In this document: positions 10,041 through 17,423 of the stretch, in pieces
How the letters are laid out: the number at the start of each line of letters is the position of its first letter
Position numbering within the stretch: position 1 is the stretch's first letter
NCBI RefSeq assembly: GCF_000025505.1
Contig: NC_013849.1
Location: forward strand, 690,001-722,000
DNA from: Ferroglobus placidus DSM 10642
GTDB taxonomy: Archaea > Halobacteriota > Archaeoglobi > Archaeoglobales > Archaeoglobaceae
DNA length: 32,000 nucleotides
Reading direction: 5' to 3'
Position numbers and translations under genes: made by a program
The notes under the pieces: model-generated
The model's database searches: none
What the model was told of the DNA's origin: nothing
Seen by the model: the letters and a program-made list of their open reading frames with translations, nothing else

Positions 10041-10106
10041 ATGAAAATCGAAAAAGTGAAGAGAGAAAAAAGAGGAGTTTGCAAGTGCCACAACTCTTGC
10101 AGCTAA
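10041..10106 (+). CDS. Putative Cys-rich micro-ORF (21 aa)
   Basis: ATG 8 nt after a dyad/TATA element, aaggag just upstream; translates to MKIEKVKREKRGVCKCHNSCS*. Not in the supplied ORF track. Confidence 0.35.
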   Translation: MKIEKVKREKRGVCKCHNSCS

Positions 10107-10137
10107 AATCAAATTTTTATTTTTTGGAGGTGGTTGC

Positions 10138-10533
10138 TTGTCCGGAAAGTTAATAACAGCTTTTGCTATCGGCATCGTTGCAGCGTTTCTGCTCTACAAC
10201 AGCTTCGTTCTCTTTCCAAAGGAAAAAGCCTTCAAATCTGTATCTCCTGAAGAATTTTACAAGCTAATGCAGAACGAAGAAGCTTTTGTAATAGACGTTC
10301 ACGTTCCGGAGCAGAAACATTTAAACGGAACCGATGCTTGGATACCCTACGACAGGATTGAAGAGTTCAAAGACCTCTTACCCAAAGACAAGAACACTCC
10401 CATCCTCGTTTACTGCAGATCCGGACAGATGAGTAAAATTGCCGCTTCAAAACTCGCTCAGATTGGATACAAAAACATCTACGAACTTGATGGAGGTATT
10501 TTAGCTTGGCAAAGAGCCAATCTACCTTACTGA
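10138..10533 (+). CDS. Membrane-anchored rhodanese-like domain protein
   Basis: N-terminal TM helix; active loop VYCRSGQMSKIAASKL, LDGGILAWQRA; ggagg before a TTG start. Confidence 0.88.
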   Translation: MSGKLITAFAIGIVAAFLLYNSFVLFPKEKAFKSVSPEEFYKLMQNEEAFVIDVHVPEQKHLNGTDAWIPYDRIEEFKDLLPKDKNTPILVYCRSGQMSKIAASKLAQIGYKNIYELDGGILAWQRANLPY

Positions 10534-10534
10534 G

Positions 10535-11071
10535 CTAAACAAATCCCCACGGAGTTGAAGAGTACTTCCACACCGCTATTAAAACTGAGAAAATCAATAC
10601 CACAATTTTCAATTTTTCGTAGTCCACGAACATAACTTTGGCAAGAAAACTCGAATCTTCGAAGAGGGCATTTTTCTGTATAGTCGAGAGCATCCATACC
10701 GTCCCAACCACACTTGATAAAACGCCAATCAGAAGGAAGAACTCCGTGTACAACGTGAGAAAATAGCTTATTCCCACCCCAAGTAGAGGAACTGCATCAG
10801 TGACATGGTGGAGACAGCAAGCGACCATGCTTCCTGCTGAAATCCCTCCGGTGGCTATGCTTTTACAACTTTCACGATAGGATTTTATGTGGGTGTAGAG
10901 TGCAATCTGCAAACCAAAGCCAGCGCTGATCGGGAATACGTACATCCAGTAATTTTTTAGATTCCAAATAACTCCTTCATAACCAGCTGCGGCGTAATTC
11001 ACGAGAATATAGAAGGTAAGGAGAGAAATAAAAGCTATAAAACCATTTCTCACTTCTTTCATATCTCCCAC
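10535..11071 (-). CDS. Polytopic membrane protein with GGISAGSMVACCLHHVTD motif, unknown function
   Basis: 178 aa, several hydrophobic helices, intramembrane CC-x-HH cluster; within the thiol/metal cluster. Confidence 0.8.
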   Translation of the reverse strand: MGDMKEVRNGFIAFISLLTFYILVNYAAAGYEGVIWNLKNYWMYVFPISAGFGLQIALYTHIKSYRESCKSIATGGISAGSMVACCLHHVTDAVPLLGVGISYFLTLYTEFFLLIGVLSSVVGTVWMLSTIQKNALFEDSSFLAKVMFVDYEKLKIVVLIFSVLIAVWKYSSTPWGFV

Positions 11072-11490
11072 TCCAAAACCCTCTCACTCTCCAGCTTCAC
11101 AACAAGTTTGAATTTTCCAGCTCTTTCTATTTCTTTCAGCGCCTCTTCGGGAAACTCAAGAATTCCGATTCTGTGATGTCCCCAAGATTTTTCGTCTTCT
11201 TTCCAAGAAACCGGTGAAAACTTTTTTCCGCCTACCTCAAGAGTCGTTCCATTTACTATGTCGTAGATGTATAGGTCTCCGGAGTGCGTGTCGAGTCTGA
11301 AGTAAAAGGTCGGCTTCGTCAATTCTGGATACTTCGGGTTCAGGTACATGGCGGTAACCTGCACATTACCGTAACTGACCTTGACGAGATCCTCTTCTTT
11401 CAATTCCTTAGGTTTGCCGTAGAAGTTATAGAGAATCACAAACACTCCGGCAAAAATGAGAATTGCAGCAATCAACAATTTCCTGTCCAT
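11059..11490 (-). CDS. Membrane-anchored/exported hypothetical protein
   Basis: N-terminal hydrophobic segment LLIAAILIFAGVFVILY then soluble domain; dyad and TATA immediately upstream; overlaps start of next gene. Confidence 0.8.
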   Translation of the reverse strand: MDRKLLIAAILIFAGVFVILYNFYGKPKELKEEDLVKVSYGNVQVTAMYLNPKYPELTKPTFYFRLDTHSGDLYIYDIVNGTTLEVGGKKFSPVSWKEDEKSWGHHRIGILEFPEEALKEIERAGKFKLVVKLESERVLEWEI

Positions 11491-11491
11491 G

Positions 11492-11510
11492 TTTTACATT
11501 TGATGTAAAA
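11492..11510. promoter_or_regulatory. Perfect dyad site C: TTTTACAT-TTG-ATGTAAAA
   Basis: 8 bp perfect inverted repeat with 3 nt spacer, 1 nt upstream of the 11490 minus-strand ATG. Confidence 0.7.
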
Positions 11511-11532
11511 TAAGGTATATATCGTTTTTGTT

Positions 11533-11976
11533 TTACACTTCGTCGAAGATGCCAGTGCGACTTCCCGAGGTGTAGTATATTTTAAAGGGCTTGCTTTTAA
11601 CTCCCGGCATTCCAGGAGAGCCCGTCGGCATTCCGGGAAGGGAAATTCCTTCTATAGCTGGTTTTTCCTTTAAAAGTTTGTCTATAGCCTCTCTTGGCAC
11701 GTGTCCGATAACGTAGTAGCCCCCAATGTAAGATACGTGGCAGCTCCAGAGTTTTCTTGGGACTCCGTGTTTCTCGTAAATTTTCGTTAAGCTTTTAACG
11801 TTCACGATTTCAACTTCGTAACCTTCTCCTTCAAGGTACTCCGCATACTTCTCACAACACCCGCAAGCTTCGGGTTTGTAGATCACAACCTGCGATGGAG
11901 CGTTGCCGAAGTTTAAGTAAAGACCGAAAGCTAAAATTACTCCCAGCCCCACCACAAGAAGACTCAAAATTCTCAT
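11533..11976 (-). CDS. DUF411 family metal-binding protein, exported/anchored
   Basis: VVIYKPEACGCCEKYAEYLEGEGYEVE, GHVPREAIDKLLKEKPAIEGISLPGMPTGSPGMPG: hallmark DUF411 sequence. Confidence 0.92.
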   Translation of the reverse strand: MRILSLLVVGLGVILAFGLYLNFGNAPSQVVIYKPEACGCCEKYAEYLEGEGYEVEIVNVKSLTKIYEKHGVPRKLWSCHVSYIGGYYVIGHVPREAIDKLLKEKPAIEGISLPGMPTGSPGMPGVKSKPFKIYYTSGSRTGIFDEV

Positions 11977-12006
11977 GGAGAGAGGCGGTCGAAAAAGTAT
12001 AAGTAT

Positions 12007-12025
12007 TTTTTCATTAGGTGTAAAA
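12007..12025. promoter_or_regulatory. Dyad operator-like site D: TTTTTCAT-TAG-GTGTAAAA
   Basis: Between the divergent DUF411 (11976) and methyltransferase (12027) starts, beside a shared gtataagt TATA region. Confidence 0.55.
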
Positions 12026-12026
12026 T

Positions 12027-12638
12027 ATGGTGAAAAAGGGATTGGATAAGAAAAGGTACGATAGAGTTGCTAAATTTTACGATATCTTTGAGTCTCCCAT
12101 GGAACTCTTGGCTTTTTCCTCTTGGAGAAGGGAACTTACGAAAAATGTCGAAGGTAACCTCGTCCTTGAAGTGGGAATCGGAACCGGAAAAAATATACCA
12201 TACTACAAAAACTGGGAGGTAGTTGGAGTTGACATAAGCAGAAGGATGCTGGAAAGAGCCGTAAAGAGGGTTAAAGAGAACAAAAAAGTTGTTCATCTGA
12301 TCCAAGCTGACGCTGAAAGTTTACCTTTCAAGGATGGTGTTTTCGACGCAATCATATCCACCTACGTTTTTTGTTCCGTGGAGAATCCGATAAACGGGCT
12401 CAGAGAACTCCACAGAGTTCTGAAGAAAGGTGGCAAAGCGTATTTTCTCGAACACATGAGGAGCGAAAGTGAATTCGTCGGAAAAATTCTCGACATCCTA
12501 AACCCCCTCTTCAGAAAGCTCGGTCCGGAGATAAACAGGAGAACTGCAGAGAATATAAAGAAAGCTGGATTCAAAATAGTTGAGGAGAGGCACTTAATGA
12601 CGTCTATTTTCAGAATGATAGTGGCTGAAAAAAGTTAG
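12027..12638 (+). CDS. Class I SAM-dependent methyltransferase (UbiE/PMT-like)
   Basis: VLEVGIGTGKNIPYY, VVGVDISRRML, LPFKDGVFDAIISTYVFCSV. Confidence 0.92.
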   Translation: MVKKGLDKKRYDRVAKFYDIFESPMELLAFSSWRRELTKNVEGNLVLEVGIGTGKNIPYYKNWEVVGVDISRRMLERAVKRVKENKKVVHLIQADAESLPFKDGVFDAIISTYVFCSVENPINGLRELHRVLKKGGKAYFLEHMRSESEFVGKILDILNPLFRKLGPEINRRTAENIKKAGFKIVEERHLMTSIFRMIVAEKS

Positions 12639-13765
12639 TTGAGGAGGAGACGTCTTATCAGCTCCTCCACCTTTCCTTCAATAACCTTACAAAGCTTTAA
12701 AGCATCTTCGTAGCTATTCGGAGTGGAAAGTTTCCAAACCTCGTCAACTCTCCGAACATCGACGCTTTCATCAAGAGAAATTACGTAGTCCGCATCTTCA
12801 AGCATCTCTTCTGTTAGCTTTTTCGGCTTTGTCAGCTTGACTCCACGCTTTTTTGCGAACTCTACCGCAACCTCGCTAAGACTCTTCGAAGGAGAAGTCC
12901 CGTAGCTGATAGCGTGCATGTTGTCCGGAGATATTTTATTGAAAACGTACTCAGCTATCTTCGTTCTCAAATCGTTCTTAACGGAAACGAAAAACACCCT
13001 TTTCGTTGACGTTAACTTTCTGTATTTGCCTATGGACTCTGGAACTTCAGGCTTTAACTTGAATTTTCCTATCTCAACACTGCCTACGTCTATAAACCTG
13101 AGCTCAAGTTTAACCGCTTCTTCATCAAACTCTACTACGTTGTAACTGTTGTCCGGCATCAGAACTTTGTAAGAGCTGAGAGAGCCAGCATGAATTACGT
13201 GGGTTCTCAGGAGTTTTGTGGAGTAGGGAACATGCCTGTGACCGGCTAAAACCACTCCTCCGCTACAGTGAAATGCCATAGCTTCAACCATTTCTGCTGC
13301 GTCGATCAGAACGTTCATATTTCTCCCGGTGTGGGGAATCGGAACGAGGTGGTGATGCATGACGACTATGTTTATGCAGTTTTTCCTGACATTTGAAAGT
13401 ATCCACTCTCTCTGCTCGTCCCCCACGTATCCCTCGTCGGAGTCTGGAAGGGTGCTGTCCACTCCTATAAAGACCGCATTATCAACCTTCACCCTCTTTC
13501 TCGTCCTTCCAAAGTACAGCCTGAAGTACTTCAATCCGTCGTTTCTCGCATCGTGATTGCCGGGAACGGCGAGAATCTCAGACTTTATACCAGAAAGCGT
13601 TTCATAAGCATCTCTAAACTCGTGATGCACTCCTCACAGTCCGATATCTCCGGTTAAAACGACCAAGTCCGGCTCGATTTCGTTTATCTGTTTTATAGCC
13701 TTCTCAACCTTGTCCTTCAGCAGCTCAAAGCCGAAATGAACATCCGATATGTGGACGATTTTCAT
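12635..13765 (-). CDS. Metallophosphoesterase fused to LMW-PTP/ArsC-like domain; reading frame interrupted by one in-frame TGA (13634-13636)
   Basis: Manual translation of 13765 to 13631 in the same frame gives MKIVHISDVHFGFELLKDKVEKAIKQINEIEPDLVVLTGDIGL*G, then the track ORF MHHEFRDAYETL...VPGNHDARN...MHHHLVP...LAGHRH. C-terminal VFFVSVKNDLRTKIAEYVF...ISYGTSPS...DADYVISLDES is LMW-PTP-like. Confidence 0.8.
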
Positions 13766-13832
13766 AAAATAAATCGTGATGAATGCCGTTTTAGAATTTC
13801 GGTTGGAATAAAAATTAAAAAATTTAATTTTT

Positions 13833-15368
13833 TTACCTCATCATTCTACCCGCAACCAAGGCAGTTATAACGACAGCTATGCCCATCCACACCCCCGAAA
13901 ACTCCGGAATAGAAGTTTGATCCGGAAGAGGGGTTAAAGTAGGCGTTTGAATTGGTGTTGGCGTTCCACCTGCTTGAAGAGGACAGATCGCGTTCGAAAT
14001 CGGAGAAATTCCGGATGTTTGAAGATCTAAGGAGTTTACGTTGATTCCAGCCGGTTGAAGGAGGGGTGCTGGAGCGAACACGTATTCGTCAAATCCAGCT
14101 TCACCGATTTGGGCGTTTGCAACGATTTCGTAAAGGCAAAGACCAGTGACGCTCCCGTAGTCGTTAAGCTTGAGAATCCAGAAGTCCGAGTCGCTCGAGA
14201 AGGATCTCGTGTTTGACGCAACAACGTAGCCGTCGTCGGCTTTTTTAACATCCGCCGCCCAGTCACTTTTGTCACCGCCGTATCTCTTCTGCCACTGAAT
14301 CAATCCGCTGCCGTCAATTTTGAAAATCCAAACGTCTCCTGCTGCGCTCCCAGCTACGACATAGCCATCGTTCACCTTCTGAATTGAGGAGATTTTTTCA
14401 TAGGTACTTTCATTGTACGTTCTCTGCCACCGTATGTGTCCGCTGTTATCGATCTTTAAGATCCAAGACTCGTAGACATTCGGAGAGAGAACGCCGGCAC
14501 TTCTGCTCGTTCCAGCTACAACGTACCCATCATCAGCTTGCTGGAGGGAAGAAAACTCATCAACGACTTTCCAGTCGTATATCCCCTCCCACTCGACAAA
14601 ACCCGAACTGTTAAGCTTTACCATCCAGAGATTCGAACGGTAGGGGTTTGGAAATGAGATAACATTGTAATCGGCTGCAACTCCGGCTACTATATACCCT
14701 CCATCGCCAGTTTGCTGGATGGAGTAAGCTTTATCTCTGTTATACATATCGAGCACTTTTTCCCACATCACATTGCCGTTGGCATCGAGCTTTAAAATCC
14801 AGATGTTGTACTCTATCTCCCGCAATGGATCGGATGGAATTGTAGTGTATCCAGCCACTACGTAGCCGCCGTCACTCGTTTGCCGAATGGAATGGAATGC
14901 GTTCTCCTGAATTGGCTCATCATCAACGTTTTTATCGTATTTTTTAGCCCAGAGGACGTTTCCATACTCGTCAACTTTCATAACGAGTCCGTAGAAAATA
15001 TCAAACTGAGTTCGAGAGCCGCTATAACTCTTCGAACCCGCTTTTCCGGCAATTACGTATCCATCGCTCACTTTCTGAATCGAATACGCGTAATCGTCAA
15101 GAGGTGAGCCATAACTTTTCTCCCATACAACGTTCCCCTCACCATCAAGCTTCACGATCCAGATGTCCGTATCTCCAAGCGAGTCCGTCCAGCCAGCTAC
15201 GACGTAACCGTCGTCAGTTCGCTGGATTGCATAGGCTGTCTCATTACCCTCTCCTCCATAGATTTTTGCCCATTCTGCCTGAACTGGAGTCAGTAGGCAG
15301 AACAGAGCAGCTACCGCTAAAAACAAAATTCTCAATTCAACCACCTTAATTAAATTATTTTTTCTCAA
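13833..15368 (-). CDS. Exported seven-repeat beta-propeller-like surface protein with PEF-CTERM-like C-terminus
   Basis: Signal peptide; seven DGGYVVAG/DGYVVAG...WI(L/V)KLD.xG.xxWqkxYG repeats; Thr/Pro linker PTPIQTPTLTPLPD, then SIPEFSGVWMGIAVVITALVAGRMMR. Confidence 0.88.
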   Translation of the reverse strand: MRKNNLIKVVELRILFLAVAALFCLLTPVQAEWAKIYGGEGNETAYAIQRTDDGYVVAGWTDSLGDTDIWIVKLDGEGNVVWEKSYGSPLDDYAYSIQKVSDGYVIAGKAGSKSYSGSRTQFDIFYGLVMKVDEYGNVLWAKKYDKNVDDEPIQENAFHSIRQTSDGGYVVAGYTTIPSDPLREIEYNIWILKLDANGNVMWEKVLDMYNRDKAYSIQQTGDGGYIVAGVAADYNVISFPNPYRSNLWMVKLNSSGFVEWEGIYDWKVVDEFSSLQQADDGYVVAGTSRSAGVLSPNVYESWILKIDNSGHIRWQRTYNESTYEKISSIQKVNDGYVVAGSAAGDVWIFKIDGSGLIQWQKRYGGDKSDWAADVKKADDGYVVASNTRSFSSDSDFWILKLNDYGSVTGLCLYEIVANAQIGEAGFDEYVFAPAPLLQPAGINVNSLDLQTSGISPISNAICPLQAGGTPTPIQTPTLTPLPDQTSIPEFSGVWMGIAVVITALVAGRMMR

Positions 15369-15547
15369 GACTATTTAAACTTTTCATTAATAAAAATTTT
15401 TATATTAGGAAATTATAATAACTCAATTTATTTCAAATATTTTAACAGATGTAAAATTTAATCATAAAAAATTAAATTCCTTTTCCAGAACAAATGTCAA
15501 CTCGTTACGTGATAAAATTTTTAGGGTTACGAAAATTTACTACCACC

Positions 15548-16132
15548 ATGAGCTGCGTTGCGGAGCTCGCGAAAAGGAGAAAGAGCGTGAGGAAATTCAA
15601 ACCCGACAATTTCGACATGGAAGTAATTATCGAGTGCATAGACGTAGCCAAGGAAGCTCCGTCTGGAAGTAACGCCCAGCCGTGGCATTTCGTCATCGTA
15701 AAGGACGAGGAGTTGAAGAGGAAAGTGAGAGAGGTTTGTGAAAGGGGGGAAAAGAAATTCTACTCTCACGTGAGAGGAGAGCTGGCTGAGTGGTTGAAAA
15801 GCAAAGGGTTGAACTGGGAGAAGCCCTTCCTCACGGAAGCTCCTTACATCGTTGGAGTGTTTGCTAAGAAGAAAGCACCGTATTCGAGGGAGTCGGTATG
15901 GATAGCTGTGGCTTATTTCCTCCTCGCTCTCGAAGAGAGAGGACTCGCAAGCTTAACATACACACCACCGAACAGAGAAGAAGTTGCGGAAGTTTTGAGG
16001 TGTCCTCCAGAGTACAGACTGGAAGTTCTAATTCCCGTAGGATTTTCAGCCGATAGCAAGGAAAAGGAGCCAAGGAAGAGTGTCGAGGAGATTACAAGCG
16101 TGGATTACTTCGATGTCCCGCTAAAAATGTGA
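15548..16132 (+). CDS. Nitroreductase family protein
   Basis: ELAKRRKSVRKFKPD, APSGSNAQPWHFVIVKD. The track start is 15494; the ATG at 15548 fits family length and a TATA-like element (ataaaatttttag) about 30 nt upstream. Confidence 0.85.
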   Translation: MSCVAELAKRRKSVRKFKPDNFDMEVIIECIDVAKEAPSGSNAQPWHFVIVKDEELKRKVREVCERGEKKFYSHVRGELAEWLKSKGLNWEKPFLTEAPYIVGVFAKKKAPYSRESVWIAVAYFLLALEERGLASLTYTPPNREEVAEVLRCPPEYRLEVLIPVGFSADSKEKEPRKSVEEITSVDYFDVPLKM

Positions 16133-16974
16133 TCCGTATGAGATTTTACATAGTGGACGTTTTCGCTTTGAAAAAGTACACCGGAAACCAGCTTGCCGTA
16201 TTCAGAGACGCAAGTAAGCTGAGCGAAAAAGAAATGCAGGAAATAGCAAAGGAAATGAACTACTCGGAGACGACGTTCATAATTTCTGAAGACGACTTCG
16301 AAGTTAGAATTTTCACCCCAGAAAAGGAGGTTCCCTTCGCCGGACATCCAGTCTTAGGAACCGCATTCGTAATAATGGAAGAGATACTCGGCAAAGCTAA
16401 AGAGGTGGAGCTAAAACTGAGGATAGGAAAAATCCGCGTTTGGAAGGAAAATGATGTTCTCTGGATGAGGCAAAGCTCGCCGAAATTCGGAAAAGTTTTC
16501 TCCCCGCAGGAGATTTCGAGAGTTCTTGAGATTGGGGAAGAGGAGATCGATAAGAACTTTCCAATCCAAGAAGTCTCCACCGGCTTGCCCTTCATAATCG
16601 TTCCCCTCAAATCTCTCGAATCGCTGAAAAAAGTAAGGGTAAATACTGACGAGCTTTACAAAATCGTCGAGGATTGCGAAGCGAAGGCTATCCTTGCCTT
16701 CTCTCCGGAGACGAGATATGAAGATAACGATTTAAGCGTTAGAGTTTTCGCTCACTACTACGGAGTTCCTGAAGATCCAGCTACTGGAAGCGCCAATGGT
16801 TGCTTGGCAGCTTACCTATCCAAGTACGAATACTTCGGCAGCGATGAAGTAAACATCAAAGTCGAGCAGGGTTACGAAGTAGGAAGACCCTCCCTTCTGT
16901 TTCTACGAGCTAAAGGGGATAGAGTGGAGATTGGTGGTAAAGTTATCATGATTGCGAAGGGCACTTTTATTTAG
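16129..16974 (+). CDS. PhzF family isomerase-like protein
   Basis: YIVDVFALKKYTGNQLAVF, ETTFII, VRIFTPEKEVPFAGHPVLGTA, EDPATGSANGCLAAYL. Confidence 0.95.
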   Translation: MIRMRFYIVDVFALKKYTGNQLAVFRDASKLSEKEMQEIAKEMNYSETTFIISEDDFEVRIFTPEKEVPFAGHPVLGTAFVIMEEILGKAKEVELKLRIGKIRVWKENDVLWMRQSSPKFGKVFSPQEISRVLEIGEEEIDKNFPIQEVSTGLPFIIVPLKSLESLKKVRVNTDELYKIVEDCEAKAILAFSPETRYEDNDLSVRVFAHYYGVPEDPATGSANGCLAAYLSKYEYFGSDEVNIKVEQGYEVGRPSLLFLRAKGDRVEIGGKVIMIAKGTFI

Positions 16975-16985
16975 GGAGTGATAAA

Positions 16986-17423
16986 ATGAAGTGTATTTGT
17001 GGAGTGGATGGTTGGAAAGTCAAGAAAATAACCGTAGGAAATCACCTCAATCCGGAGTACTGGCATTTGCTCAGCGATGACTTTTACTTCTGCCCAAATT
17101 CGGAGTGCGACGTAGTGTACTTCGATGGTAGAGCAATCTTCACAACTAAAGAAGTTAAAACAAAGGTCTTTTTCAAAGAAAAAGGTTCTCCAAAGCCTTT
17201 ATGCTACTGCAAGCAGGTTACAGAAGAGGACGTCATTGAGGCGATAAAGAGAGGAGCTAAGAGCGTTGAAGAAGTGGAAGAAATAACCGGCATAGGAAAC
17301 GGGGGACACTGCGTAATTACAAATCCGTCAGGCAGATGCTGCAAGCTGTATTACGAAGGATTTATCGAGGACTTGCTTGGGAAAAAAGATAGAGACGAAT
17401 GTCGGGAGTGCTGCGAATCCTGA
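16986..17423 (+). CDS. CopZ N-terminal-domain-type protein (Zn + [2Fe-2S] BFD-like), no HMA domain
   Basis: C-x-C near N-term, CPNSEC, then CYCKQVTEEDVIEAIKRGAKSVEEVEEITGIGNGGHCVITNPSGRCC resembling the A. fulgidus CopZ N-terminal region. Confidence 0.82.
   Translation: MKCICGVDGWKVKKITVGNHLNPEYWHLLSDDFYFCPNSECDVVYFDGRAIFTTKEVKTKVFFKEKGSPKPLCYCKQVTEEDVIEAIKRGAKSVEEVEEITGIGNGGHCVITNPSGRCCKLYYEGFIEDLLGKKDRDECRECCES

Noticed and set aside
9071-11400. Shared phrase VSYGNVxV between the 8776 protein and the 11059 protein
   Set aside because: Only eight residues match with no convincing alignment around them; homology cannot be claimed from this.
11531-11538. TTTTACAC half-site at the end of the DUF411 gene
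   Set aside because: Includes the stop codon and lacks a partner half-site.
13634-13636. Selenocysteine or pyrrolysine reading of the in-frame stop
   Set aside because: Pyrrolysine uses UAG, not UGA; no SECIS element or Sec machinery is visible. Not excluded, but mutation or sequence error is simpler.
15446-15462. ttttaacagatgtaaaat resembles the dyad motif
   Set aside because: The spacer differs (half-sites only 1 nt apart) and the region is extremely AT-rich; too weak to list as a fifth site.
15494-15547. Extended N-terminus of the nitroreductase ORF
   Set aside because: Family proteins begin near ELAKRRSVRxF and the TATA-like element sits inside the extension; start at 15548 preferred.
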